Notes: generated by a model not told the origin, from the letters alone. Counted from the stretch's first letter, positions 26,667-36,819 are shown. The stretch: DNA of 64,000 nucleotides from Leptonemataceae bacterium (GCA_965227295.1 OZ245742.1:1376001-1440000); one strand, 5' to 3'. Numbers and translations are program-made.

Positions 26667-27710
26667 TTACGATTGTGATTGTTTCGCCCGGTATGCGCCC
26701 GGAGTTTCGCCGGTAAATTTCGCAAAGGCCGTGTGAAAGCTGCTCTTCGCGTTGAAACCCACGGCGTAGGCTACGGAAAGGACCGTGCGTTCCGAATCCT
26801 CACGGAGTAATCGCTGCGCCTCCATTATGCGATAGCGATTCACGAAATTGTAAAAGCTTTCGCCGATCACCTCGTTCAGAAAACGCGAAAGCTGATGCGG
26901 CGTAAGTTGAAGTTCATGGGCCAGCCCGGGCAATGACAGATCTTCGTCGAGGTACGGCCGATCATGTTCCATTAGTTCTTCCAGGCGATGTTGCAATTTG
27001 TCCAGATCAAAACCGCCCAGGGGATTGCGATCTCCCTGACGGCGTTGCAGCCGTTCCACGGCCCAGGTTGTGAACAACGGATGACGTTGGCTCACAAGGT
27101 AATGCACGGCGATGATGCCGGCACCGACGGACACCGCCGCGTGCGCCAGGGTATGACCGGTCTGAAAAATGCCCCCGACCGTAATCCAGGCGATGGCAGT
27201 ATAGGCCCCGGCAAAAATCGCGGCGATACCCAGGACCCGGCGCGCGGACGGCACGTGCTCTTCGTGCCACGCAAGCGTAAGTGTCACGGCCGTCAGGGTC
27301 AGATAGGCGGCGACGTGCACGGCGGCGATGTGGCCGGCGATGGAGTGCGGACCATCGGCCTGCATGGTCGGATCGGCGAACGCGAGGAAGATCGGCGCCA
27401 GGATCGGCAGGAAATGCAGAAGATCCCGCGGCCGCAATTCGCGCCGGCGTCCGGACCACAGTAAGCCGTAAAAATAAAACAGCGGTCCCACGCAGAATTG
27501 TCCCGCCACGGCCGTGAGACGCGGCACGCTCCACGTCAGGCGATCCGCCTGGTGCAGCAGCGACGGGATGAGTGCCAGCGCGAAGGCGGCGAACAGTGCG
27601 GCCAGCAAGACATGCAGCGGTTCTCGCCGCGGCACGAACAAAAAACCCGCGCCCAACAGAACGGCGAGGCCGGCGCCGAAGGCCGTAACTGCGAAGAACG
27701 CCTGGGTCAT
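26667..27710 (-). CDS. AraC family regulator with N-terminal membrane sensor domain
   Basis: TM helices followed by YLDEDLSL...HQLSRFLN...FVNRYR...VGFNAKSSFHTAF. Confidence 0.92.
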   Translation of the reverse strand: MTQAFFAVTAFGAGLAVLLGAGFLFVPRREPLHVLLAALFAAFALALIPSLLHQADRLTWSVPRLTAVAGQFCVGPLFYFYGLLWSGRRRELRPRDLLHFLPILAPIFLAFADPTMQADGPHSIAGHIAAVHVAAYLTLTAVTLTLAWHEEHVPSARRVLGIAAIFAGAYTAIAWITVGGIFQTGHTLAHAAVSVGAGIIAVHYLVSQRHPLFTTWAVERLQRRQGDRNPLGGFDLDKLQHRLEELMEHDRPYLDEDLSLPGLAHELQLTPHQLSRFLNEVIGESFYNFVNRYRIMEAQRLLREDSERTVLSVAYAVGFNAKSSFHTAFAKFTGETPGAYRAKQSQS

Positions 27711-27886
27711 GCTTCGAAGGACCGAATCCGATCGCGCAATGCAAGCTAAAAGCGCCCGGTCGTGCCGATGCCGCAGTCCGTCTGGATCGGTACGAACCAT
27801 CCCGTGGTCCGCCTCATTCCAGGCGGACGACGCGAAGCCAGGAACGTGTCAAGATCCGTGCATCATCACCATCACAGGAGATCGTT

Positions 27887-28180
27887 ATGAACGAAAAACT
27901 CTCACATAAGCACAGGCATCACCGGCATAAGTGTCATCGCCATGGTCGCCTGGCCCAGCTCACCTGGCTTCTGGCCGTTGTTGTTTTGCTCATCTGGGTG
28001 CTGCACACATTCGCGTGTACGTCCGCCGGCCGCGCACGCCATTTCAACAAAAGCGCGGCGGCACCGGAAAGCCGCGCGAACGAGATCTTAACCCGCCTGG
28101 AAGTTGCGCCCGGCAGTGCTGTTGCGGATCTCGGCACCGGCGGTGGTTACTTCGCCTATTTGTTCGCGGACACTGAGTAA
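27887..28180 (+). pseudogene. Truncated class I SAM-dependent methyltransferase
   Basis: His-rich N-terminus and TM segment, then LEVAPGSAVADLGTGGGYFAYLFA (motif I), then an immediate stop. Confidence 0.65.
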
Positions 28181-28204
28181 CGGCGAGCGAAAGTTTGCGG
28201 TCTT

Positions 28205-29350
28205 TCAGCGGCCGAAGATGTGTGTGATCAACGTGGTGCCGGCGCCGCCGATGCTCTGCATCATGCCGATCCGCGCATCTTCGACCTGGTTTTTCCCGGC
28301 GTTGCCCTGGAGCTGCTGCAGGATTTCCGTGGCCTGGTATAACGCCGTTGCGCCGATGGGATGGCCGCGGGCCTTCAGACCGCCGAAGGTCGAGAGCGGC
28401 AGTTTGCCGCCGGGAAAGATGGCTTCGTCTTCCGCGAGGCGCCAACCCTGGCCGCGCTCCGCGAAACCGCAGGCCTCGAGGGACAGGCAGGTCATGATGC
28501 TGAACGCATCGTGGACTTCAAAGAAGTCGATGTCCGTCGGCTGCAGTCCGGCCCGGGCATAGGCGCGCTCCGCGGAGATGCGAGAGGCCTCCAGGCTGAG
28601 CGGATCCGCGCGTTGATCGACACGCAGAAATTCCGTGGCCACCGAAGATGCGAGGATCTTCACCGCCGGTCGGCCGGCGGGTTTTTCCGAAGAAAGCACT
28701 ACCGCCGCAGCGCCGTCGCAAATAGGCGCGCAGTCCAGAAGACGCATGGGATCCACTACTACGCGCGACTGCTCAATTTGTTCACGGCTGAACTGCTTAT
28801 GAAACAGGGCGTCCGGATTATTCAACGCGTTGTTGTGTGCATTGAGAGGAAAGTTTGCGAAGACGGAATGCGTGACGCCGTAGCGTTCGATGTATGATCG
28901 CATGAGCCCGGCGTTCGTGCTGATCATGGTATCGCCCCGCGGCGTTTCGAATTCGGCGTCCAGGGCTTTGGCCAGAGCCGGGGTCGCGTCACCGTCGCTC
29001 ATTTTTTCCACGCCCAGGGCGACGGCGGTCTTTGCTTCGCCTGAGAGCACCGCGAGAAAAGCGGAGCGCAGCGCCGCGGAACCGCTGGCCATGGCCGCAC
29101 GCACGGAGAGGGCCTCGATTCCACGCAGGCCCGCTTCGCTGGCAATGAGTGGTGCAATGTGCTTTTGACTTTGTAGTTCGTCTGCCAGGAGGTTACTCAC
29201 GTAGAGCGCATCCGGCCGACGGTCCACTGCATCCAGGCCGGCATCCGCGAGGGCGCTTCGGAGGACTGTGGCTCCCATTGTCCGCAAACTCGCAGGCTCC
29301 GATTTCCGGACCGGAATCCGCGCACTACCTACAACATAGACCTCTTTCAC
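28205..29350 (-). CDS. SCP-x/archaeal-type thiolase-family protein lacking the catalytic Cys
   Basis: LGVEKM, DCAPICDGAAA, FEVHDAF, GGLKARGHPIGATA. AAMASG in place of AACASG. GTG 29350. Confidence 0.85.
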   Translation of the reverse strand: MKEVYVVGSARIPVRKSEPASLRTMGATVLRSALADAGLDAVDRRPDALYVSNLLADELQSQKHIAPLIASEAGLRGIEALSVRAAMASGSAALRSAFLAVLSGEAKTAVALGVEKMSDGDATPALAKALDAEFETPRGDTMISTNAGLMRSYIERYGVTHSVFANFPLNAHNNALNNPDALFHKQFSREQIEQSRVVVDPMRLLDCAPICDGAAAVVLSSEKPAGRPAVKILASSVATEFLRVDQRADPLSLEASRISAERAYARAGLQPTDIDFFEVHDAFSIMTCLSLEACGFAERGQGWRLAEDEAIFPGGKLPLSTFGGLKARGHPIGATALYQATEILQQLQGNAGKNQVEDARIGMMQSIGGAGTTLITHIFGR

Positions 29351-29430
29351 GGACGACCGGTTTGGCCGCGCGGGGTGCAAAGAACAAGAACGATTTTAAT
29401 CGGAGGGCGGAGCGGAAGGTGCGCGGATAA

Positions 29431-30084
29431 GTGATTGTGAGAAATGCCGCGAAACGAAATGCTGCCGTTCCGGTGAGCAGCGAAGCGACAGGTGCGGGCG
29501 AGTATCTTGAAAGTCCCGAGTTCATTCAGCGTCTCAAGGACAAGGATCCCGAAGCCTTTTCGCAGTTAGTCCGTGCCTACCAGGACAAGATCTACAACCT
29601 GGCCATGCGCCTTACGCGCAATCCCGAGGACGCCGAAGAAGTTCTTCAGGAAAGCCTGCTCTCTATCTTTAACAAGATCCACACCTTCCAGGAACGTTCG
29701 CGGCTCTCCACCTGGATCTATGCCATTACGTCGAACGGTGCTCTCTCCCGGCTCCGAAAAAAAGGGAACAACACCGTAACCTTCGAAGAAGAGAATCCTC
29801 TAAAGGGGGATAGCGCCTGGTATAGAAACAGCAACGTAATTTTTGACTTCAGTGATCAAAACGATCCCCTCCTCCGCAAAGAGCTGCAGGAACACTTGAA
29901 CGCAGCCATCGAGCAACTTCCGGATGGTTATCGGGAAATCTTCATCATGAAAGAAATCAACAAAATGCCGGTCAAAGAGATCGCCGACATTGTCGGGCTG
30001 AAGTCCGGCGCCGTTAAAACGCGGCTGCATCGCGCGCGCCTGATCCTGCGCGCGACTCTCAGCGATTACTGGGTCGAGGAATGA
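29431..30084 (+). CDS. ECF sigma factor (sigma24/RpoE family)
   Basis: DAEEVLQE, FQERSRLSTWIYAI, EIADIVGLKSGAVKTRLHRAR. Exact start uncertain. Confidence 0.93.
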   Translation: MIVRNAAKRNAAVPVSSEATGAGEYLESPEFIQRLKDKDPEAFSQLVRAYQDKIYNLAMRLTRNPEDAEEVLQESLLSIFNKIHTFQERSRLSTWIYAITSNGALSRLRKKGNNTVTFEEENPLKGDSAWYRNSNVIFDFSDQNDPLLRKELQEHLNAAIEQLPDGYREIFIMKEINKMPVKEIADIVGLKSGAVKTRLHRARLILRATLSDYWVEE

Positions 30085-30338
30085 GTATGGACTGCGGTGA
30101 GTACGTCGACCTCATGACCGATTACATGGAAGGCGATCTGGCGCCGGCCGAGAAGAATCTGTGGGAGCAGCACTTCGACGGTTGTCCGCACTGTAGCGAT
30201 TTCTTCCATAGTTTTAAAAGCAGCCTGGAGTTGATCCGGTACGTCGAAGATCAGGGTTGCCCGCTGGAAGTGAAGCGTCGTCTGCAAAAGTTCATGGAAG
30301 CCCGCACGAATCTCAAACTCGACTGCGGCGACGCATAG
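30081..30338 (+). CDS. zf-HC2 zinc-binding anti-sigma factor
   Basis: C..YMEGDL...HFDGCPHC (HxxxCxxC). Coupled to the sigma factor. Confidence 0.9.
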   Translation: MSMDCGEYVDLMTDYMEGDLAPAEKNLWEQHFDGCPHCSDFFHSFKSSLELIRYVEDQGCPLEVKRRLQKFMEARTNLKLDCGDA

Positions 30339-30378
30339 GCGTCGCGCCGCTTCGGAATCCAATTCAGATAGCCGTCCC

Positions 30379-31110
30379 CTAACGAGCACCGATGCGTTGC
30401 AGTGCCTGCGTCTTCTGTTGTTCGAAGGCGTTAAGCTGCCGGTTGGTCATGTCCAGGATCTTCTCGTACTGCTGCTTGATTTCCGGTGACATGGCATCGG
30501 CCTTTTCGGCGAGCACGTACTCCACGAGTTCTTTGCGATCGTGGTACTGCTTTGTCTGGAAATCATAAAAGCGATTTACCTGGGCTTCTTCGGCCTTGCC
30601 CTGGGCGATGAGCGACTGCAACTCGAAGACTTCCCGGCGTTCATGGTCCTCGGCGAGTTTTTGTTCCGGAGTTTTCTGCTGCGGAATCATACTGTTGTTC
30701 GGAAACTTCTCGCGGAGTTTGTCGAAGACCTTCATCACGCGGTTCGGATACGGTTGCCCGGTCATGGGATTTACGGGATTGTTGGGATTCGCGGGTTCGA
30801 GGATGGCCGGTTCTTCGCCGTCTTCAGTGGTGCGACCGCCGGGGATTTCCATGTCCTCGAAGTCGCCCTCGGGCGCGCCCACGTTCCAGAAGCCGGAGTC
30901 GAAGAGTGAGCCGTTGTTCTGCGAGGGCGCGGCGTGTGCGTCACCGGCTCCGCCATGGCCGCCCAGTCCGCCGCCGAAGAGCAGGGCCAGCTCGTCCGCA
31001 TCGGAGCCGGAGGCAGCCTGGGACTTCGTGCCGCCCGTAGAGACGAAGTAAACGGCCATGATGCCGCACAGGGCGAGATAGATTACGTATACGATGCCGT
31101 TGTTGTTCAT
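30379..31110 (-). CDS. Hypothetical membrane-anchored protein
   Basis: N-terminal TM, Gly-rich linker, helical C-terminal domain. 243 aa. Confidence 0.75.
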   Translation of the reverse strand: MNNNGIVYVIYLALCGIMAVYFVSTGGTKSQAASGSDADELALLFGGGLGGHGGAGDAHAAPSQNNGSLFDSGFWNVGAPEGDFEDMEIPGGRTTEDGEEPAILEPANPNNPVNPMTGQPYPNRVMKVFDKLREKFPNNSMIPQQKTPEQKLAEDHERREVFELQSLIAQGKAEEAQVNRFYDFQTKQYHDRKELVEYVLAEKADAMSPEIKQQYEKILDMTNRQLNAFEQQKTQALQRIGAR

Positions 31111-31247
31111 AGGGCTTCCAAAATTAGACGACGCGCTTTCGCCGGTGGTTCAGTGCTACGCTACGGAACCGGGCGCTCGGGTCACTCAAAACATAGGCTG
31201 GAAGAACTTGACCGGAAAGCAAAATCCATCGAACTGGAATGTGACCT

Positions 31248-31820
31248 ATGTCCGGCCGATCCTTACACAAACGTTCCCTGCCGGCCGCGTTCTGCCTGGC
31301 CCTCTTTGCCGCAACCTGCGGCACGAATACCGAAGAGCCGGTGTTCCCGGTCTTTCTCATCTTTTCCCCCGTGGCTCCGCCGGCCCTGGTCTCGGTCGCG
31401 GCCGTGGAGACCCAGAACGCCGGTGAGGCCTTGCGCTACGAATTCGACGTCTCTTACTATGTCACCAACTCCGAGGACGGCTTTCTCGGGTACAATCTGT
31501 ATCTATCATCCTCTGCCACGGCGGCCGAGGCGGCGATCCTGGGGATCGGAGGCGAGCCGTACCTGGAGACCGGGATCAAGCCGAGCTTTTCTCATGCCGG
31601 CGAGAATCCCAGTACGGCCGCGGTGGACTTGCAGACCCAGCGCGTGCAGAACTTCCGGGCCGCTCCGGCGCCGATCTCGTTCAAGGCCTGCGAGCTGTAC
31701 TTCTTTACGTTGACCGCTCAAACCCGAAACTCCCTGGAATCGAATCCCAGCCCGCAGGTGGCCGCCTGCGCCGCCCTGGATCCCGGCCTGTGTCCGTCCG
31801 GCACGCCGTGCAACCCCTGA
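31248..31820 (+). CDS. Putative lipoprotein
   Basis: Signal peptide ending FAATC, FN3-like GYNLY, C-terminal Cys cluster. Confidence 0.7.
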   Translation: MSGRSLHKRSLPAAFCLALFAATCGTNTEEPVFPVFLIFSPVAPPALVSVAAVETQNAGEALRYEFDVSYYVTNSEDGFLGYNLYLSSSATAAEAAILGIGGEPYLETGIKPSFSHAGENPSTAAVDLQTQRVQNFRAAPAPISFKACELYFFTLTAQTRNSLESNPSPQVAACAALDPGLCPSGTPCNP

Positions 31821-31829
31821 CGACGCAGC

Positions 31830-32546
31830 ATGAGCGAAGCCACAATCCCTCCCGGTCCGGCCCTCTACGTGGTGGCCACGCCCATTGGTAATCTCGAAGA
31901 CATAACCCTGCGGGCTCTCCGCATCCTGCGCCAGTGCGATACGATCCTCAGTGAGGACACACGCAAGACCGGCATCCTCCTGAAGCATTACGACATCAGC
32001 ACTTCACAGAAGTCCTATCGCGTGAACCAGGAGGATCGGGACGTGGCTCGTGCGTTGGAGTTCCTGCACGAGGGCCGCAACCTGGCCTTCGTAAGTGACG
32101 CCGGTACCCCGGGAGTCTCGGATCCCGTCTCGCGCCTGGTGCGCACCATCCGTGAAACAATGCCCGATGTGCCGATTGTTCCCATTCCGGGGCCGTCGGC
32201 GCTGAGTGCGGTCCTGAGCGTGAGCGGCTGGCAGGCGAATCCGTCGAAATTTCTGGGGTTCCTGAGTCCGAAGCCCGGCCGTCGGCGTCGGGCCCTTACC
32301 GAGGCCGGGGAAGGCTTTGCCGGCCCCGTGGTGCTCTACGAGTCGGTCCACCGGATTGAGGCCCTTTTGAGGGATTTACGGGACATTTTTCCGGGGCGAG
32401 CCGTATTGGTGGCCCGGGAATTGACTAAGATGTACGAGGACATTCGGCTCATCCCCGAGAATCTCGATGAGACAGAATGGCAGGAAAATGTGGACAAAAT
32501 CGCGAAAAAGGGTGAATTCACCGTAATTCTGGGCCCGTTGCGCTGA
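31830..32546 (+). CDS. rsmI: 16S rRNA C1402 2'-O-methyltransferase
   Basis: LYVVATPIGNLEDITLRAL, EDTR, VSDAGTPGVSDP, ARELTKMYE, KGEF. Confidence 0.96.
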   Translation: MSEATIPPGPALYVVATPIGNLEDITLRALRILRQCDTILSEDTRKTGILLKHYDISTSQKSYRVNQEDRDVARALEFLHEGRNLAFVSDAGTPGVSDPVSRLVRTIRETMPDVPIVPIPGPSALSAVLSVSGWQANPSKFLGFLSPKPGRRRRALTEAGEGFAGPVVLYESVHRIEALLRDLRDIFPGRAVLVARELTKMYEDIRLIPENLDETEWQENVDKIAKKGEFTVILGPLR

Positions 32547-32563
32547 TCTTTTCAGAAAAGTGT

Positions 32564-32591
32564 TTATGCTATTTTCGCATCCTGCCGATAT
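32564..32591 (+). promoter_or_regulatory. Sigma28 (FliA) promoter of flgM
   Basis: TTATG, 15 nt, GCCGATAT. The -10 matches the GCCGATAA consensus; lies upstream of flgM. Confidence 0.6.
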
Positions 32592-32615
32592 TAGACAGGG
32601 AAGAGGTAAACTGCC

Positions 32616-32912
32616 ATGATGATCGATAAAATCGGTGGAATCGGTCCGAACTACGGCCCCCGCAAGAACGAACCTGTCGCGAAGCAAGATGCTCCGGTTC
32701 GTGGGGACAACGTGACGATTTCCGAAGAAGCGGCCCGCGCAGCGGATGTCGCCCGGACTTCGCGTATCGTCTCCCAGGCCACGGACGCTGAACGCACCGA
32801 ACGACTGAAAGAGATCAAAGAGAAGATGGCTCGCGGTGAATACAACGATGTATCCGACGAGCAGGCCGGCAAGATCGCCGACTCTTTGATGGAAGTCTTC
32901 TTCCGCGGCTAA
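32616..32912 (+). CDS. flgM: Flagellar anti-sigma28 factor
   Basis: DNVTISEEA and RTERLKEIKEKMARGEY...IADSL, the FlgM signature. Confidence 0.88.
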   Translation: MMIDKIGGIGPNYGPRKNEPVAKQDAPVRGDNVTISEEAARAADVARTSRIVSQATDAERTERLKEIKEKMARGEYNDVSDEQAGKIADSLMEVFFRG

Positions 32913-32967
32913 CGCGAGAAGAGCATACAGTCATTGTCGTACCGCGCTCACACGCGCGGTGATAACG

Positions 32968-32998
32968 AGGGCGCGGGAAACTGCGCCCTTTTTCGTTT
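32968..32998 (+). terminator. Intrinsic terminator after flgM
   Basis: GGGCGCGG-GAAA-CTGCGCCC followed by TTTTTCGTTTT. Confidence 0.75.
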
Positions 32999-33080
32999 TG
33001 GCGGGCCGGCGAGCGTTTTGACACGGCCGCGCGTGCGGGACACAGCTCTTGAAGTAGCGGAAACACTTTCGTTTGTTCGA

Positions 33081-33368
33081 GCACGCCCCGAATCGTGGTG
33101 TAAGTTAAGGCCAACGTATATTAAGACTTTTATGGGCACAGCTGGTTCCAGCTAACGGACGGAGGTCATGCCGGGGAAATGTGGGGCGCGCACCGGAACG
33201 GCGTCTTCGCCGCAGGAGTCGTTGTGGAAACAGAGTCGCAAACCCGCGTCCGGGTCGAATTCAGCGTGCTTTGCAAAACGAAACACCACAACTCCCGCTC
33301 AGCCGTAGCAAAAAGATCCCCGCCTTCGTAGCGAAACCGACTCTGTGTGTCTCACGGCCAGCGCCGCG
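33081..33368. repeat. ~280-nt palindromic dispersed element, copy C (most diverged)
   Basis: Blocks CCCGAATCGTGGTGTAAGTT..GGCCAA, CCGCGTCCGGG, TTTGCAAAACG, GCCGTAGC and CGCCGCG are shared with copies A and/or B. Confidence 0.7.
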
Positions 33369-33395
33369 AACAGCGACTCTTGAATCACAGTCAAT

Positions 33396-34454
33396 TTATC
33401 GGTACTTTTCAATCTCCACGCCGATCTGATCGACGACGCCGGCGTATGCGTTGGCCACGGCGCCTTCCGGATTCGCGAGCACAAACGGCTTACCGCTTTC
33501 GCCGGCTTCCATGATGTCCTGCTGGATCGGGATGTGTCCGAGGACCGGGACCTTGTACTTCGCCGCGAAGGCCTCGCCGCCGTTCTTCGAAAAGATGTGC
33601 GAGACGTGGCCGCAGTTCGGGCAGTGGAACTCGGACATGTTTTCGATGACGCCCAGAATCGGAACCTTCACTTCCATGAACATGTGCACGGCGCGGCTCG
33701 CATCCTGTAAGGCGACGTTCTGCGGCGTGGTGACGATCAACGCGCCGTCGAGATCGATCATTTGCGCGAGCGAGAGCTGCACGTCTCCCGTGCCCGGCGG
33801 CAGATCGATGATGAGGTAGTCCAGTTCACCCCAGATCACCTGAAAGAGAAACTGTTCCACGGCTTTGCCGAGCATCGGACCGCGCCAGACAACGGCCTGG
33901 TCGGGATTCAATAAGAATGCGAAGGACATGACCTTGATGCCGTCCACCTCATGCGGCGTGACACGGTTTTGCCCGTCGCCCTTGAGTTCCAGGCGGCCGT
34001 TCACGCCGAACATGCGGCCCAGGCTCGGCCCGTAGATGTCCGCATCCATGAGGCCCACGGAATGCCCCTGCAACTTCAGGGCCGCCGCCAGGTTTGCCGA
34101 GACGGTGGATTTACCGACGCCGCCTTTGCCGGAGCCCACGGCAATGATGTTCTTCACACCGCGGATGCGGTTGCCGACATCCTCGGGCTTCATGCTCTCG
34201 TCGACTTCGAAGCGGATCTTGAGTTTGCCCGGCAGGTCCAGGTCTTTCAGCGCGCCGCGGATGGAGGTCTCCAGGGCGATCTGGACCTTGCGATCAGCGT
34301 CTGGACTCTTTAGAATGAGACGCACATTGTCTCCGTCTTCTTCGAGACGGCCGAACATGCCGAGCTCCTCAAGGTTTTGTTTGTACTGCGGATGCTCGAC
34401 GCGCGCCAGGGCCGAAACGATTTTCGGTTCGATATCGCTCAGATTCACGCTCAT
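33396..34454 (-). CDS. mrp: Mrp/NBP35 (ApbC) Fe-S cluster carrier ATPase
   Basis: GSGKGGVGKST, DADIYGPS, WRGPM, DLPPGTGD, ENMS..CPNCG. Confidence 0.95.
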   Translation of the reverse strand: MSVNLSDIEPKIVSALARVEHPQYKQNLEELGMFGRLEEDGDNVRLILKSPDADRKVQIALETSIRGALKDLDLPGKLKIRFEVDESMKPEDVGNRIRGVKNIIAVGSGKGGVGKSTVSANLAAALKLQGHSVGLMDADIYGPSLGRMFGVNGRLELKGDGQNRVTPHEVDGIKVMSFAFLLNPDQAVVWRGPMLGKAVEQFLFQVIWGELDYLIIDLPPGTGDVQLSLAQMIDLDGALIVTTPQNVALQDASRAVHMFMEVKVPILGVIENMSEFHCPNCGHVSHIFSKNGGEAFAAKYKVPVLGHIPIQQDIMEAGESGKPFVLANPEGAVANAYAGVVDQIGVEIEKYR

Positions 34455-34506
34455 ATGACGACAGCATGTGTAGAGAAGGTGCGCGAGGCCACCTTTTTCC
34501 GCGGAT

Positions 34507-35127
34507 TTGGCTGGCCCGCACGAACCCGTACACGACGATCGTCCGAATATGCAGGCTACCCCGGATACTCACGTTGCCTTTCTTCGCCGCTGCTACTTCT
34601 CGGCGGCCCTGGTCTTTTTTGTGGCGGGCGCTCTCTATGCCCTCGTTGGATTCGCGGGTTTCAGCCTGGGCGTGTTGCAGGTGAGCGGCGTACTGTCGGA
34701 TCCTGCCGCTGTGAATCAACCCGACGAACCCCTGGCACCGCTGGACCAGGGCGAGTTCCAGGATGTTGACGGCTACGAAAACGTACGCCCCTTTCCGATG
34801 CCCGAGGAGTCGGAGAGCGGCATGGTTCCCGGCCCGGGACCCGGCCTGCGAATTCTCGGTAGCCTGCTCGTGTTGGGGATGGGCCTGCCCGGATTGATTG
34901 CAGGCGCACTTGTGTTTCGGGATCGTCTGAGCCGCGGTGCGCTACCCATCTTGCGCTACTGCGGCTGGGCTATGATGGTTGCCCACGCGATCTTTGCGTT
35001 GCTGGCGCTCCAGGGGAGCAGCCTCGGCGCGTTCCTTTTACTGAGCATCGCCGTCGGCGGTGTCTGGGTCGTGCTCGTCGCTTCGAACCGGGACGTGCGG
35101 GAGCTTGTGCAGGCCCGGGCTTCTTAA
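34507..35127 (+). CDS. Hypothetical membrane protein
   Basis: Four hydrophobic segments. Start at 34507 or 34549. Confidence 0.65.
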   Translation: MAGPHEPVHDDRPNMQATPDTHVAFLRRCYFSAALVFFVAGALYALVGFAGFSLGVLQVSGVLSDPAAVNQPDEPLAPLDQGEFQDVDGYENVRPFPMPEESESGMVPGPGPGLRILGSLLVLGMGLPGLIAGALVFRDRLSRGALPILRYCGWAMMVAHAIFALLALQGSSLGAFLLLSIAVGGVWVVLVASNRDVRELVQARAS

Positions 35128-35162
35128 TTCGCGGTCGTCCCGAACAGTGGTGTGATTAGCGC

Positions 35163-35585
35163 TTACGAATCGCTTTTCGCCATGACGTTGCTGTCGCCCC
35201 AGAGGCGTTCGAGGTTGTAAAACTCGCGCTGGTCTTTCAGGAAGAGATGTACGATCACGTCGATGAAGTCGACGATGACCCAGCCGGAGGCCACGTCGTC
35301 CGGGCGCATACCGGCGCCGCCGGGAGGCAACTCCTCGTGAAACTTCTTCGTAATGTCCCGTACCAGGGACTTCAACTGTACCGACGAGTTCGCCGTGGCG
35401 ATCAGGAAAATGCTGAAGTACGGGTTCACCCGTTCCAGATCGAGCATCAGGATGTTCTGGGCCTTTTTTTCTTCGAGGAACTCGAAGAGGCCGTGGGCGA
35501 GTTTTTCGCGCGCCTGACGTTGCTCCGGATGAGCGTCCGGTTCCGTGGTGCGCGATGTGCTCAGTGGTTCTTCCCGGGATGACAT
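35163..35585 (-). CDS. rsfS: Ribosome silencing factor
   Basis: EKKAQNI, FLIATANS, GWVIVDFIDVIVHLF...REFYNLERLWGD. Confidence 0.95.
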   Translation of the reverse strand: MSSREEPLSTSRTTEPDAHPEQRQAREKLAHGLFEFLEEKKAQNILMLDLERVNPYFSIFLIATANSSVQLKSLVRDITKKFHEELPPGGAGMRPDDVASGWVIVDFIDVIVHLFLKDQREFYNLERLWGDSNVMAKSDS

Positions 35586-35604
35586 GTTCGTTCTGTGAAG
35601 GGCC

Positions 35605-36771
35605 TCAGGGTAGACGAAGCTGCCGTACATCGAAGTCCGCGCCGAGAATGAGCGAGGCGTCGACGTCCAGAGCGGCCCGTCGGAACACAACGCGTTTGCG
35701 CTCCAGCGCGGTCAACTTCATAAGTCGCTCCGCGACGAACGTATCGCCGGAGCGACCGACGATGAACGTCTTTGCCAGCGGCTTGTGCGGGTAGTTGTCC
35801 GCGTCCAGGACCTGCAGGCCGCGATCCTGCAGGAACTGTTTCACCCGGCGGGCCAGGCCGCCCACCTCGGTGCCGTTCAGAACTTCGATGGGAAAGAGAT
35901 CCGTATCCAGGCGGCCGGCCGTGAGGTTCTCGTCGAACTCATTGAACAGGAGCCGGGCCCGCTTGAAATTCACGAGCAGTTTCTGCTCCGGCGGATACGT
36001 CCGCTGATTTACCGGCGCGAATTCCAGCGGCACGTCCAGCACCGTAATGCGACCGCCGTTGGCCGGACTCAGGAACGAAAAGAGCGACGTGAACTCGGTG
36101 ACGGTCAGGTTGCTGGACGGCAGGGCGGCGGCGAACTTCGCCAGAGGCAACGGCCCCAGGGTTTCCCGGTACTCGTCCAATCGCCAGTAAGCGTTGAGTA
36201 CGGCGGACTGCAGACGATAGGTTTGTTTGATGCCGGCCAGGTAGGACTTGCTGCGATCTTCCTCGGGTTTGCGGATGAGCGCATGTTCGACGATTTGGGC
36301 GCCGGGGAAGTAGCGCACACCGCGCCGATAGTGAAAGCCGGCGTCCGGAAACTCCTCGCTCTCTTCCAGAATGAGCGTCATGCCCTCCAGGAGATCGAAG
36401 AGGCGCACGGCTTCGGTGCGACCGAGGGTGATGTAGTACTCCGTGGGGACGTCCGTGAATTCACGGAAGCGATCCGCGGAGCTCGCGCTCATGTCCCGCA
36501 ACGCGTCACCGTCGGCGTCGAAGTGAGCCTCGGTGTTCACGAAGTAAAGCGCGGCCATACGCCGCTCGGGATACACGACGGCCTGGGCCAGGCCGGACAG
36601 AAACGAGCCGTCTTCGTTTTCATCCAGGAACGCGAGGCGGATGCCGAATGGCTCCTCATTGGCGAGCAGCAGCTCCAGGTCGTTGGCCGTCATGCGCTGG
36701 TACACGAAGTACGTAACGAGCAAAATCAAGAACGCAGTGATCAGTAATATGAGGCGCGTCAGTACGGACAT
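35605..36771 (-). CDS. Membrane protein with LytR C-terminal domain
   Basis: N-terminal TM, IEVLNGTEVGGLA...LILGADF. Confidence 0.85.
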   Translation of the reverse strand: MSVLTRLILLITAFLILLVTYFVYQRMTANDLELLLANEEPFGIRLAFLDENEDGSFLSGLAQAVVYPERRMAALYFVNTEAHFDADGDALRDMSASSADRFREFTDVPTEYYITLGRTEAVRLFDLLEGMTLILEESEEFPDAGFHYRRGVRYFPGAQIVEHALIRKPEEDRSKSYLAGIKQTYRLQSAVLNAYWRLDEYRETLGPLPLAKFAAALPSSNLTVTEFTSLFSFLSPANGGRITVLDVPLEFAPVNQRTYPPEQKLLVNFKRARLLFNEFDENLTAGRLDTDLFPIEVLNGTEVGGLARRVKQFLQDRGLQVLDADNYPHKPLAKTFIVGRSGDTFVAERLMKLTALERKRVVFRRAALDVDASLILGADFDVRQLRLP

Positions 36772-36819
36772 GCGGTCAGCTTGCGCGCTACCGCCGTTGC
36801 GGCCAGCGAAATCCGGTGT

